The notes under the pieces: generated by a model
Database searches by the model: none
Seen by the model: the letters and a program-made list of their open reading frames with translations, nothing else
What the model was told of the DNA's origin: nothing
Shown here: positions 20,588-31,133 of the stretch, in pieces
Layout of the letters: each line of letters begins with the position of its first letter
Position numbering within the stretch: position 1 is the first letter of the stretch
Position numbers and translations under genes: made by a program
Source of the DNA: an uncultured Candidatus Rokubacteria bacterium
GTDB lineage: Bacteria; Methylomirabilota; Methylomirabilia; Rokubacteriales; CSP1-6
Assembly (NCBI GenBank): GCA_963758635.1
Contig: CAVWWD010000006.1
Span: 352,001-416,000, forward strand
Direction: 5' to 3'
DNA: 64,000 nucleotides

Positions 20588-21999
20588 TCAGGACTGGGAA
20601 CGAATCCTGTCGACCGAGGCGGGGCCGCCGGGGACCCTGGGCGCCGCCCGGGCCGACGGCCGCAGGAATCCCTCGACCTTGTGCGCGATGGGCCGGGCGG
20701 GATCGTAGAGCTTGCGCCACGGGTTGTCGCGGCCGGCGATCAGGTCGGCGATCAGGATGCCCGCGATGGTGCCGTGCGTGAGACCCATCCCGGTGTCGCC
20801 GGTCGCCACGTAGACGTTGTCGGCGTCGTCGGGATGGGACCCGATGAAGGCGAGGCCGTCCAGCGAGTTCATCCACGCGACCCGACCATCGGAAGTCCAC
20901 GTCCTCCGCCATGGGGAACCGGTCCCGGACCCATGCCTCGAGCGCCTCGTATCGCCTTCGCCGTCGTCGGCCTGTCCCGCCGGATGATCCTCGCCTCCCA
21001 CGATCAGCAGATCGTGCCCGAGCCGCCGGCGTCCCCCGCGCGCCCCGCGCGCACCCAGGACAGCCGCACGTAATGGTACGGATCATCGGTGTCCCAGTAC
21101 AGCCCCTGCGGGATCGACCGGGTGGGCACGCGGACGCCGATCGCGTAGCTCGTGTACGCGGCCTGCTTCCGGTGGGTCCCGTCGAGGTTGACGATCGGCG
21201 TGTTGGTGGCGAGCACGACCGCGTCGGCCCTCACCGCCCGGCCCGACGAGACGCACACGGAAACCGTCGAGCCGACATCGAGGCCTTCGACGTGGACACG
21301 GCCGAAGATGCGGCCGCCGCCGCGCGAGATGGCGCGGGCGAGCCCGGACACGTACTTGAGAGGATGGAACTGCGCCTGGCCAGGGAAGACCAGGCACCGG
21401 CCGGTGTCGAACGGGAGGGGGGCCCGCGCGCGCCAGTGCACGCCGGTGAGCCCGGCCGCGCGGGCGGCCGTCAGCTCGCGCCCGAGGATATCGGGCGAGT
21501 CGCCGGGGGCCGGGAAGAGGTAGCCGTCCACGGTCTCGAAGTCGCAGGAGATGCGCTCGCGATCCACGGTGGCGGCGATCTCGGCGATGGCGGCGGTGTG
21601 GCTCCCCGCGGCCAGCCGTGCCCCCACCGTCCCGTGCAGCCGGGCGATGGTCTGGTAGTACGCGTCCATCGCGTTCGAGAGGTGCGCGGTGCTGCGGCCG
21701 GTCTCCCCGCCCCCGAGCGGCCCGTCGTCGAGCACGATGACCGAGCGGCCCTCGGCGGTGAGACGGTACGCGGTGGTCAGGCCCGCGATGCCCGCGCCGA
21801 CGACGCAGATCTCGGTGCGAACGTCACGGGTGAGCGCGGGGCGCCCGACGACGTTGTACGTGGCCGACCACACCGAGGCGCTCTGTTGAGGGCCGGCGCT
21901 CGGGCGCTCGCGGACCGGCGCCTGGCGCGTGGTCGTCGGACGGCGCGCGCGTCCGTTCCCCGAGCCGGGCAGCCGGGGACGTCTCGTGCGAAGCGGCAT
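20588..21999 (-). pseudogene. FAD-dependent oxidoreductase (YhfW-like), fragmented
   Basis: GAGIAG, GETGRSTAHL, FHPLKY, then VGGEDH, WSG and ATGDTGMGLTHG across several frames. Confidence 0.75.
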
Positions 22000-22035
22000 G
22001 CCTTCGCCGCCCGCGCTCAGGACCGCCGCCGGCGC

Positions 22036-22314
22036 TCACAGGAGCGGGACGGCATCCGGGCTGCCCATGGGCTCTTCGGGGATCACGGCCGACTCGCGTA
22101 CCGTCTCTCCGACGCCGTATCTGAGCTGGGTGGGCACGGACGCCTCCACCATCTCCGGACGGCCGTACGCCTCCGGATGCTGGTGACGGAAGCATCGATC
22201 CATCATGTCGGAAGCAGACCGCTTCATCTCGACCGTGATCTCCGGCATCGACCGCGTCATCTCGATCGTCATCTCGGGCATCGCCTCGACTCCTCCGCTG
22301 GCCCGGGCCGTCAC
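22036..22314 (-). CDS. Hypothetical small protein
   Basis: ORF with GGAG before MPEMTIEM; no recognised motif. Confidence 0.35.
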   Translation of the reverse strand: MTARASGGVEAMPEMTIEMTRSMPEITVEMKRSASDMMDRCFRHQHPEAYGRPEMVEASVPTQLRYGVGETVRESAVIPEEPMGSPDAVPLL

Positions 22315-22472
22315 GGGATGCCATCACCCGGAGCCACCTCCCTTTCGCGAGCAAGATGCGGGCCAGCGGCGATCCCTGTGACGTTCGACACTTGCGGATG
22401 CGGCCGAGGGTGAGCTGCTGCAAGGACAGCGAGACGGCAGGAAGAAACTACCGCGGCGCGCGGAGTCGCTCC

Positions 22473-24200
22473 TCAGCGCCCGCGGCAGGCCGGGCAGTCC
22501 AGGTCGTCCGGGCCCTGGTACACGGAGCGTGCCGCCGCCGCGGTGACGTAGCCATTGATGACGTCGTCCCGGACCTTCTCGGTGTTTCTCCGAGCCGGCG
22601 CGCCGAATCCGCCCGCGCCGGGGGCGCGGAGCACGATCAGCGAGCCGGCGGGCGCGGCGAAGGCCCCCTTCTCCAGCAGCTCGCGCTCGGCCCCGTCGAG
22701 GCCGATCAGCGAGATGCGCCCGGGCGCGCCCGCGCCGCCGCCGGCGAGGCCGAACGGCGCCGACTTGGTGCGCTCGAGGCAGACGCTCGCGTGGCTCGGG
22801 CCGCCCAGGATGCGCCACGCGCGCTCGACCGCGCAGCCGCCACGGTGGAGACCCGGGCCGCCGGAGTCGGGCACGATCTCGTAGCGCTCCACGCGCACGG
22901 GAAAGCTCATCTCGAGGATCTCGATGGGCGTGTTCATGGTGTTCGAGATCGCGCTCGCCACGCCGGTGATGCCGTCCTTGGTCGGGCGCGCCCCGAAGCC
23001 GCCCTTGATCGTCTCGTAGCTCACGTAGCGCGTCCCCGTCCGGTGGTCCACGCCGCCGAGCGTGAGGATGGCCGAGGTGCCCTGCGAGCACGCCATCACG
23101 CGGTCCGGGGCGAGCTGGGCCAGCGCGCCGAAGAGCATGTCGGCGACGCGGTGGGAGATCTCGTGGTTGGCGTACACGACGGGCGCCGGCGACACCGCGT
23201 TCACCACCGTGCCCGGCTCGGCGCGAAGCTCCACGGGCCGCCAGCAGCCTGAGTTCGGCGGCACGAGGTCGCCGGGATCGGCCACCATCTTGATGGCCGC
23301 GTAGATGCCGGAGGCGGTGACGGCGAGCGGCGCGTTCATCGGGCCGGGAACCTGGCCGTCGGTGCCCGTGAAGTCCACGAGGAGCCGGTCGCCCTGCTTG
23401 GTGACGCGCATGCGGATCCAGAACGGCGCGTCGTCCTTCTCTCCCTCCTCGATGATGCCGTCGCCGTCGCAGAAGTCCTCGAAGAACGCGGTGCCGTCGG
23501 GCAGGCCGGCGAGCATGACGCGCATCATGCGCTCGGAGTAGTCCATCACCTCCTGCATGATGGCGAGGAGCCGCGCCGCGCCGTGGCGGCGCGCCAGCTC
23601 GGCGAGCCGGGTGACGCCGCGGAGGTTGGCGGCGATCTGCGCGCGCAGGTCGCCCCGGCGCTCGTCGGGGGTGCGCACGTTGGCGAAGATGATCTGGTCC
23701 ACGTCGTGGTTGAGGACCCCCGCGGCGTAGAGGCGCACCGGGGGCAGGCGCAGGCCCTCGCCGAAGATCTCGGTGGTCGCGCCGTAGCTGCCCGGGGTGG
23801 CGCTGCCGATGTCGGGCCAGTGGGCGCGCACGCACCCCCAGCCCAGCAGCGTCCCCTCGTGGAAGGCCGGCATCACGACGTTCACGTCCGGGAGGTGGCT
23901 CCCGCCGAAGTAGGGATCGTTGTGGATGAAGATGTCGCCCGGCGCCACCGCCGGCCACGCGCGGATGACGGCCTTCACGGCGAGCGGCATCGAGCCCAGG
24001 TGGATGGGCAGGTCCGGCCCCTGCGCCACCATCTCCCCCGCCACGTCGAAGAGGCCGCAGGAGTAGTCGCCCGCCACCTTGAGCAGCGGCGAGTAGGCGG
24101 TCTTGGCGAGCACCACCTTCATCTCCTCGGCCGCGCAGTACAGCGCGTTCTTCACCACCTCGAAGGTGGCGGGATCGATCCCGGACCTTGGCTCAGCCAT
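22473..24200 (-). CDS. Hydantoinase B/oxoprolinase family protein
   Basis: HNDPYFGGSHLPD, HWPDIG, NTPIEILE, DSGGPGLHRGG. Confidence 0.92.
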   Translation of the reverse strand: MAEPRSGIDPATFEVVKNALYCAAEEMKVVLAKTAYSPLLKVAGDYSCGLFDVAGEMVAQGPDLPIHLGSMPLAVKAVIRAWPAVAPGDIFIHNDPYFGGSHLPDVNVVMPAFHEGTLLGWGCVRAHWPDIGSATPGSYGATTEIFGEGLRLPPVRLYAAGVLNHDVDQIIFANVRTPDERRGDLRAQIAANLRGVTRLAELARRHGAARLLAIMQEVMDYSERMMRVMLAGLPDGTAFFEDFCDGDGIIEEGEKDDAPFWIRMRVTKQGDRLLVDFTGTDGQVPGPMNAPLAVTASGIYAAIKMVADPGDLVPPNSGCWRPVELRAEPGTVVNAVSPAPVVYANHEISHRVADMLFGALAQLAPDRVMACSQGTSAILTLGGVDHRTGTRYVSYETIKGGFGARPTKDGITGVASAISNTMNTPIEILEMSFPVRVERYEIVPDSGGPGLHRGGCAVERAWRILGGPSHASVCLERTKSAPFGLAGGGAGAPGRISLIGLDGAERELLEKGAFAAPAGSLIVLRAPGAGGFGAPARRNTEKVRDDVINGYVTAAAARSVYQGPDDLDCPACRGR

Positions 24201-24211
24201 GCGCGTCTCCC

Positions 24212-26297
24212 TCAGCCATGCGCGTCTCCCTCCAGGATCATGAACCCCTGGTCGTCCGCGCGGGCGCGCCAGCCCGGGGGAACGACGACGGTGCTGTCCA
24301 TGGACTCGACGATCACCGGTCCCGCGTACGAGCGCCCGATCGCGAGCGCGTCGCGGGCGAGCACGTCGACGCGGACCGTCCCGACCTCCGTGAAGTGGGC
24401 GAGCCGCGACCCGGCGGGCGCGCCGCCGGCCGCGCGCCCGTCCCGGAACAGCTCGAGGCCGCCGAGGCGGCCGACCGCGGAGGCGCGGACGTTCACCACC
24501 TGGACGGGCTCGTCCGGGCTCGCGTGGCCGTACGTCATGCGGTGCTTGTCGTGGAAGTCCGCGGCCAGCCGCGCGATCGTCTCCACGGTCACGGGACCCG
24601 GCGCGACCGGCACCGTCAGCTCGTACGCCTGCCGGCCGTAACGGAGGTCCGCGGCGCGGCCGATCTCGCGGCGCTCGGGCGGCACGCCGGCCCGGTCCAG
24701 CATGGCCGCGGCGGCCGCGGTGAGCTCGCCCCACGCGCGCGCCAGGTCGGGCGCGCGCGCGGCGTCCAGCCGCGCGTAGAACGTCTTCACGTAGTCGCGC
24801 CGGAGATCGCTCGCCACGAGGCCGAGCGCGGAGAAGCCGCCGGGGACGGGCGGCACGATGACGCGGGGGATCTCCAGCTCCTGGGCCAGCCGCGCGGCGT
24901 GCACGGGCCCGGCGCCGCCGAAGGCCACCAGGGCGAAGTCGCGCGGATCGTAGCCGCGCTCGACGGAGACGATGCGAAGGGCGGCGGCCATCCCCGCGTC
25001 GACCACGTCCACGATGGCGGCGGCCGCGGCCAGCGCCTCGAGCCCGAGGGGCCGGGCGATGCGCGTCTCGATGGCCTCCCGCGCGCGGTCCAGGTGCACG
25101 GGCAGCGCGCCGCCGAGGAGCGCGACCGGGTTCAGGTAGCCCAGCACCAGGTCGGCGTCGGTCACCGTCGGCCGCTCGCCGCCGTGGCCGTAGCAGACGG
25201 GGCCGGGCTCGGCGCCCGCGCTCTCCGGCCCTACCCGGAGCGCCCCGCCCGGATCGATCCACGCGATGCTGCCGCCGCCCGCGCTCACCTCGGCCAGGTC
25301 GATCACGGGCACGCGGATCGGGTGCCCGGTGCCGTGCAGCCAGCGGCGCACGTTGCCCGCGCCGCCGACCTCGTACTCCGACGTGGTCTTGATCTCGCCG
25401 CGCTCGATCAGGCTCGCCTTCGCGGTGGTCCCGCCCATGTCGAACGAGATGACGTTGTCCACGCCGAGCCGGCGGCCGGCGAGGGCGGCGGCGATGACGC
25501 CGGCGGCCGGGCCCGACTCGACGGCCATGGCGGGCATGGCGAGGCCCTCGGCCACCGAGAAGACGCCGCCGCTCGACCCCATCACGTGCGGCGCGGGAAA
25601 TCCGAGGCCGGTCACGGCGGACTCCAGGCGGCCGAGGTACGAGCCGAGGATCGGGCCCACGTACGCGCACACCGCGGTCGTGCTCGCGCGCTCGAACTCG
25701 CGCACCTCGGGCAGCACCTCCGAGGAGAGGTACACGGGGCGCCCGGGGAGCGCGGCGCGCAGGCGCTCGCCGATGGCGCGCTCGTGCGAGGCGTCGAGGA
25801 ACGAGAACAGCAGGCACACCGCCACCGCCTCCACGTCGTGGCGCCGGATGAACTCGATGGCCGCGGTCCACCTCGTCGAGCCGGAGCGGCTCGACCACGC
25901 GCCCCTCCGCGTCGAGCCGCTCGGTGACCTCGAGGCGCAGGTGCCGCGGCACGAGCACGGCGGGGGCGTCCTGGAACAGGTCGTAGAGCGAGGCGCGCGC
26001 CGAGCGCCGGAGCTCGAGCACGTCGCGGCAGCCGCGGGTCGTCACCAGCGCGGTGCGCGCGCCCTTGCCCTCGAGGAGCGCGTTGGTGACCACGGTGGTC
26101 GCATGCGCGAGCCAGCGGACCTCGCGCGGGGCGATGCCGCGCCGGGCCACCGCGGCGGCGAGGGCGTCGAGCACGCCACGGGCGAAGTCGCGCGGCGTCG
26201 TGGGCACCTTCACCACGTCCATGCTGCCCGCCGTCTCCTCGACGAGGACGACGTTGGTGAAGGTGCCGCCGATGTCCACGCCGACCCGCCAGCTCAC
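24212..26297 (-). CDS. Hydantoinase A/oxoprolinase family protein (frameshift near 25860)
   Basis: GVDIGGTFT, HATTVVTNA, ESGPAAG, DMGGTT, PTVTDA. Confidence 0.9.
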
Positions 26298-27331
26298 GCG
26301 TTCGCGCCCGCCGCGGTGGACAGGGTCGGGGCGACGCCCGTGATCCGCGCGAACCGGGCGGCGGCGCGGCGGCCGTAGGACGAGGCGTCGAGCCGGCCGA
26401 CGGCAGGGCCGCCCCGCGCCGCCGCTCGATGCACCTCGGCCACGCGGATCAGCCCGCGCATGCAGGCCACCGCCTCGTAGTACTCGAGGGTCGACGGGTC
26501 GAACGACCGCCGGCGCCGGTAGCCGGCCAGGTACCTCCGGAGGAGGAGCCGCCGCGCCACGTCGATCAGGGGCCGGACGGCAGCGGGCACGCCGAGCACC
26601 TCGACAGGCGTCAGCTCCAGTAGCGCCTTCGTCGCCGCCACGTCGTAGGCGGGATCGCCGACCACGGCGTTCGGCCAGTCGAGCACGCCGGTGATCGCCC
26701 CGGCCGAGACCAGGATGTTGCCGGGGTGGAAGTCGCCGTGGCAGATGACCCGCCGCGCCGGCTCCGCGGGCCGGTGCGCGAGGAGCCAGTCCATCGCGGG
26801 CTCGAGGCCGGCGAACGGCGGACCGGCCACGCGAGCGGCGAAGTCCGCGAGGAGACCGCCGACCGTGATCACGTCACCGGCGCCCGCCGCATCCGTCGCG
26901 CGAACCACCGGGGCGGCGTCGAGGTCGTGGAGGCGGAGCTGCGCCGCGACGAGCGCGGGAGCGACGCCGAAGCGCTTGGCGTCGAGCATCGGACGCCCCG
27001 GCTTGCGCTCCATCACGAGGAAGGCCGCGCCGAGCGCCTCGGGATCGGCGCACGCGGAGAGCACCGCGGGGGCCGGATAGCCGAGCGCGGCCACGGCATC
27101 CTGGACCGCCCGCTCCCTCAGCACGCGCGTGGGCTGCGAGCGCGCGGCGAGGAGCCGGAGGATCAAGGGCCCGCGCGACGCCGGCGGGCCGCCCTCGAGC
27201 CGGAACGAGAAGATCTGGGTGTCGTACCCGCCACGGATGGCGGCGAGCGGCTCGGCGAGACGAAGCGCGGGCGCCTCCAGGTCGATACGCAGGTAGTCGA
27301 GGAGGCGACTCGACAGGTCCGGCAACATCAC
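26294..27331 (-). CDS. Aminoglycoside phosphotransferase (APH)-like kinase
   Basis: CHGDFHPGN, VLDW, GDPAYD. Confidence 0.85.
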   Translation of the reverse strand: MMLPDLSSRLLDYLRIDLEAPALRLAEPLAAIRGGYDTQIFSFRLEGGPPASRGPLILRLLAARSQPTRVLRERAVQDAVAALGYPAPAVLSACADPEALGAAFLVMERKPGRPMLDAKRFGVAPALVAAQLRLHDLDAAPVVRATDAAGAGDVITVGGLLADFAARVAGPPFAGLEPAMDWLLAHRPAEPARRVICHGDFHPGNILVSAGAITGVLDWPNAVVGDPAYDVAATKALLELTPVEVLGVPAAVRPLIDVARRLLLRRYLAGYRRRRSFDPSTLEYYEAVACMRGLIRVAEVHRAAARGGPAVGRLDASSYGRRAAARFARITGVAPTLSTAAGANA

Positions 27332-27615
27332 GGCGAAACCCGGCCGAGGACAGCCAGCGCGTCCAGGCTCTTCCGGTCGCGGACGGGAGACTTGGGCATG
27401 GGTGGATGGGCTGGCTCGCCTTCGCCTTGATCCGTCTGGTCGCCCAAAGTATAGCCGTAGACCAGCAGATCGAACCCGACGAGCGTTGGCCGCCGCAGCG
27501 CCGTCTCAGCGGGAGTCCATCGTGCCCTCACTTCCCGAACGGCCGGGGCATTAAAGGAACACGCCGCCGCGACTGTATCCGAATCCATTCAGTCATCGGT
27601 CGTCGCCGATTTGCC

Positions 27616-27659
27616 TTGCTCGACCCGAGTCATTCGTCTATGTTCGACACCCACGAACA
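27616..27659 (+). promoter_or_regulatory. Putative intI sigma70 promoter with overlapping palindromic operator
   Basis: TTGCTC-17 bp-TATGTT; TGTTCG-N7-CGAACA palindrome at 27641-27659. Confidence 0.5.
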
Positions 27660-27677
27660 CAGGGGGGCCGCGAGCAC

Positions 27678-28487
27678 ATGGCCACTGTCGCCCTTCGATC
27701 GAGCCGCTCGCTGTCATATCCCACGGCGTCGCAATCAGCCGCTCGCCCACTTCGCGTGCGCGAAGTCGACTCGAGCGGCACGCAGAAGCCCGACTGCTCG
27801 ACCGCGACCGGGCGGCCGTCCGCGCGAGACACTACAGTCGCCGCACCGAGAAGGCCTACGTCGCGTGGATCCGCCGCTACATCCTCTTCCACGACAAGCG
27901 CCTGTACGGGGCTGGAGCTCAGGCTGCTGGAGTGCTGCCGCCTACGCGTCCAGGACGTCGATTTCGGGACGAACCAGATCGTCGTGCGGGGCGGCAAGGG
28001 CGACAAGGACCGCGTGACGATGCTGCCGGCTGCGGTGAAACCGCATCTCGCGCGGCATCTGGAGCGTGTCCGCGAGCAACATCGGCGAGATCTCGAGAGC
28101 GACGCCGGCTGGGTAGAGCTTCCGACCGCCCTCGCCCGGAAAAACCCAAATGCCGGCCGGGAGTGGGTGTGGCAGTGGGTCTTCCCGGCGACGCGGACGT
28201 ATGTCGAGCCGCTCACGCGCGAGCGTCGCCGCCATCACCTGCACGAGTCGGTCTTGCAGCGCGCGGTGAAGCACGCGGCCTGGCGCGCCGGGATCGCCAA
28301 GCGTGCGGGCCCTCATACCCTGCGCCATTCGTTCGCCACTCACCTGCTCGAGGACGGCCGGGACATCCGGACCGTCCAGGAGCTCCTGGGTCACCGTGAC
28401 GTGTCCACGACGCAGATCTACACGCACGTCCTGAACCGCGGCCCGTCCGGGGTGCGCAGCCCGCTCGACGGGATGTTGGATGCGTGA
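27678..28487 (+). pseudogene. intI: Integron integrase, internally deleted and frameshifted
   Basis: [34 protein letters not shown], IntI patch ([25 protein letters not shown]), [27 protein letters not shown] joins directly to LYGAG. Confidence 0.92.
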
Positions 28488-28659
28488 TAATCACGCCGTC
28501 CCGACCGGGATATGCGGCGCGCTACACGACATCCCCGCGTTGGATAGCACGGCCAGGGAGACCCGGCCAAGGATCAGTAAGGAGTGGGAATCACAGGACT
28601 GCAAGAACCCAGCCTGGAGGGTGCGACCGATGCTACCCGGCTCCGCGTTGCAGCCTCTG

Positions 28660-28706
28660 GGTCGCTACGCGGGTCCGCGTATCGCCGGACCGAATAGTAG
28701 TTGGGC
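28660..28706 (+). other. Putative attI site (core GTTGGGC at 28700-28706)
   Basis: GTTGGGCGG complements CCGCCCAAC at the inverse core of attC1; no attC hairpin precedes it. Confidence 0.65.
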
Positions 28707-28768
28707 GGATGGGCCCCCGCGTTCCGCGACGAGCCCCCGAAAGATGAGGCCCAGCGTAGAATCCAGGC

Positions 28769-29089
28769 ATGGTCGAGCCCGAGATCTTGTTCGAGGCGCG
28801 CACGCCGCTCGGGTTCGTGGTCCGCATCACGCGGGCCCGGTGGGAGTTGATCGTCACGGTGAAGCATCCCGTGATGGCCGGTCGAGAGTCCAGCGTCAAG
28901 ACGGCGCTGGAGAACCCGGACGAGGTCCGGCAGAGCCGGACAGATCCCAACATGCTTCTCTTCTACAAGGCCGAGGCTTCGCGACGCTGGGTGTGCGCCG
29001 TCACCAGGCAAACCGACGATGACGCTTTCTTGGTGACAGCTTATCCAACCGATGCGATCAAAGAGGGAATGCGCATATGGCCGAAGTAA
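28769..29089 (+). CDS. Cassette 1 putative toxin (RelE/BrnT-like, DUF4258-related)
   Basis: 106 aa, KHP..LENPDEVRQS..FLVTAY; overlaps DUF2283 gene. Confidence 0.65.
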   Translation: MVEPEILFEARTPLGFVVRITRARWELIVTVKHPVMAGRESSVKTALENPDEVRQSRTDPNMLLFYKAEASRRWVCAVTRQTDDDAFLVTAYPTDAIKEGMRIWPK

Positions 29090-29289
29090 GCGTGCTCTAC
29101 GATCGGGAGGGGCGAACGCTCACCGTCTGGTTTAGCGATCGACGACAGGAACACGTCTGCGAGGAGACGGGCGACGAGGTGATCTTGATGAAGGATTCCA
29201 CAGGACGCGTCATCGGTTTTGAGAAGCTCAACTTCTCCATCCCCGAAACCGACCGCCTCCGGGTCGCCCTTGAAACGACGCCCGCGTGA
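29077..29289 (+). CDS. Cassette 1 DUF2283 family putative antitoxin
   Basis: YDREGRTLTVWF..EVILMKD..GRVIGFE. Confidence 0.8.
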   Translation: MAEVSVLYDREGRTLTVWFSDRRQEHVCEETGDEVILMKDSTGRVIGFEKLNFSIPETDRLRVALETTPA

Positions 29290-29295
29290 TCGACC

Positions 29296-29355
29296 GCCCA
29301 ACAACACGCTTCAGCAGTCGGCGCTTCGCGCCGCTGCTGAGCGTGCGCGTTCGGC
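29296..29355 (+). other. attC site 1 (60 bp)
   Basis: GCCCAAC...palindrome (CGCTTCAGCAG..CTGCTGAGCG)...GTTCGGC. Confidence 0.9.
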
Positions 29356-29440
29356 GGACGGGAGATCGGTCACACCCCGAGACGACCGAAACGATTCGCG
29401 TGCTTGCCACGCCGACACCGACTCGCCTACCATCATCTGC

Positions 29441-29668
29441 ATGGACTACCTGAGCCGGATCACGATCGATCCCGAGGTCCGCTTCGGGAAGCCCTGCGTC
29501 CGCGGGACCCGCCTGACGGTCGGGGATGTCCTGTCGTACCTGGCGTCGGGTATGACCGAGGACGACATCCTCGCCGACTTCTCGCAGCTGACGCGGGACG
29601 ATATTCGTGCCTGTCTCGCGTTCGCCGCCGAGCGAGAGCGACGCATCCTGGGCATTCCCGCTGCCTGA
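29441..29668 (+). CDS. Cassette 2 DUF433 family antitoxin
   Basis: RITIDPEVRFGKPCVRGTRLTV..LTRDDIRACL. Confidence 0.9.
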   Translation: MDYLSRITIDPEVRFGKPCVRGTRLTVGDVLSYLASGMTEDDILADFSQLTRDDIRACLAFAAERERRILGIPAA

Positions 29669-30002
29669 ACCCAAGCTTCTCTTTGACGAGAACCTTGCCG
29701 CAAGCTTGGCCAGCGCTCTCTCGGACCTATACCCGGACTCAGCCCACATCAGCGGCGTTGGACTCGCGGCTGCTCGCGACCGCCAAATCTGGATGTACGC
29801 TGCGGCAAACGGGTTCGTCCTCGTGACCAAGGACGAAGACTTCCATCGGCTGAGCGTTCTTCACGGCGCGCCGCCGAAGGTCGTCTGGATCGGCCTCGGC
29901 AACTGCTCGACGGACGATGTAACGCACCTCCTCCGGGCTCGGCACCGCGAGATCGTCCAATTCGTTGAGCACCCCGAGGCCACCTTTCTGGCGCTCGGGT
30001 GA
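29661..30002 (+). CDS. Cassette 2 DUF5615 PIN-like toxin (start uncertain)
   Basis: KLLFDENL..D..IW..LVTKDEDF..PPKVVW. Confidence 0.85.
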   Translation: MPEPKLLFDENLAASLASALSDLYPDSAHISGVGLAAARDRQIWMYAAANGFVLVTKDEDFHRLSVLHGAPPKVVWIGLGNCSTDDVTHLLRARHREIVQFVEHPEATFLALG

Positions 30003-30013
30003 CGCTATCGACC

Positions 30014-30074
30014 GCCGAACAACCGGCTTGAGCGGACGCGCTACGCGGCCCGCCGCTGAACCGGAGTGTTCGGC
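30014..30074 (+). other. attC site 2 (61 bp)
   Basis: GCCGAAC AACCGGCTTGAGCGG...CCGCTGAACCGGAGT GTTCGGC. Confidence 0.9.
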
Positions 30075-30126
30075 GACTGACAAGCGGGCAGATGGGGCAA
30101 GTCACGACGTGATCGGGTGAAGCCGG

Positions 30127-30404
30127 GTGCCAAGGATCGCCGAGTTCTACGGAATCGCGATCTACATGTATTTTCGCGATCACGGCGTCCCTCACTTCCA
30201 TGCGATCTACGGCGATCAAGAAGCGGTATTCGCGATTGAAGGTTTGCGGCTGCTCGAGGGGCAGCTCCCGCGACGAGCTCTTGCGCTCGTTCGGTCCTGG
30301 GGGAAAGGTTTCGGGAAATGACACTACACGGCGATGAGCTCCAACGGAACTGGGAGTTGGCGCGGGCCAACCGATCGTTGCAGCAGATTGCGCCTCTGGA
30401 GTGA
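30127..30404 (+). pseudogene. Cassette 3 DUF4160 family putative toxin, frameshifted
   Basis: MPRIAEFYGIAIYMYFRDH..PHFHA; C-terminus LHGDELQRNWE..IAPLE is out of frame after about 17 extra nt at 30301-30317. Confidence 0.8.
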
Positions 30405-30416
30405 GGAGCTCGGTCA

Positions 30417-30734
30417 ATGAGATGGCGAGTCACCAAGGCTAAGGCGTGCGGACCCCATTCCGTGGACCTGACCTTCAAAGACGGGAGGCGCAAGCGGGTC
30501 AATCTGCTGCCCCTTCTCCAGGGGCCGGTGTTCCAGCCGCTGCGAGACCCCGCGTTTTTCGCGCGGTTGAAGCTCGATCCGCTGGCGGGAACTGTCGTCT
30601 GGCCGAATGGGGCTGACATAGCGCCCGAGACACTGTACGACCTCTCAGATGAGGCCAAGGGGAGAGCGAGAGGTCCATCGCCGAACAAGCCGCTTCAGCG
30701 GCCCGGTGCTCGCGTTGCTCGCTCCGGCCGCTGA
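30417..30734 (+). CDS. Cassette 3 DUF2442 family putative antitoxin
   Basis: LTFKDG..GPVFQPLRD..GTVVWPNGADIAPETLY; reads into attC3. Confidence 0.88.
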   Translation: MRWRVTKAKACGPHSVDLTFKDGRRKRVNLLPLLQGPVFQPLRDPAFFARLKLDPLAGTVVWPNGADIAPETLYDLSDEAKGRARGPSPNKPLQRPGARVARSGR

Positions 30735-30749
30735 GCGTGAGCGTTCGGC
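30680..30749 (+). other. attC site 3 (70 bp)
   Basis: GCCGAAC AAGCCGCTTCAGCGGCC...GGCCGCTGAGCGTGAGC GTTCGGC. Confidence 0.9.
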
Positions 30750-30818
30750 AGCGCGGGTACCCTCACCGCCCCGTTGAGCGGCTTGTGCTCCTGTATATCG
30801 TAGACGTATACTCGTGGC

Positions 30819-31133
30819 GTGGCGCTCATCCCCGAGTTCTTCCCTGACGTTGAGGGGTTTCAGTGGGATGAAGGTAACTCCTCGAAGAATTGGGCGCGAC
30901 ACGGGATTAGCCAGACAGAGGCCGAGCAGATCTTCGTCAACCGGCCCCTGGTAGTCATTGGCGATGTGGCGCACTCCGGTACCGAGACGCGGTATTTCTC
31001 TTTCGGACGGACTGACGGAGGGCGTCTACTGACCGTTGTCTTTACTGTGCGCGGTCAACTGCTCCGGGTGATCTCCGCGCGCCCGATGAGCCGCAGGGAA
31101 AGAAGAGGATATGCCCAAGCGACGCGACCGTAG
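30819..31133 (+). CDS. brnT: Cassette 4 BrnT family toxin
   Basis: FQWDEGN..N..HGI..EAE..R..G..LTVVFT.R..RVISAR. Confidence 0.9.
   Translation: MALIPEFFPDVEGFQWDEGNSSKNWARHGISQTEAEQIFVNRPLVVIGDVAHSGTETRYFSFGRTDGGRLLTVVFTVRGQLLRVISARPMSRRERRGYAQATRP

Noticed and set aside
26294..27331. APH-like kinase as an integron-borne resistance gene
   Set aside because: No attC, lies outside the array, overlaps the hydantoinase operon and resembles metabolic APH-fold kinases
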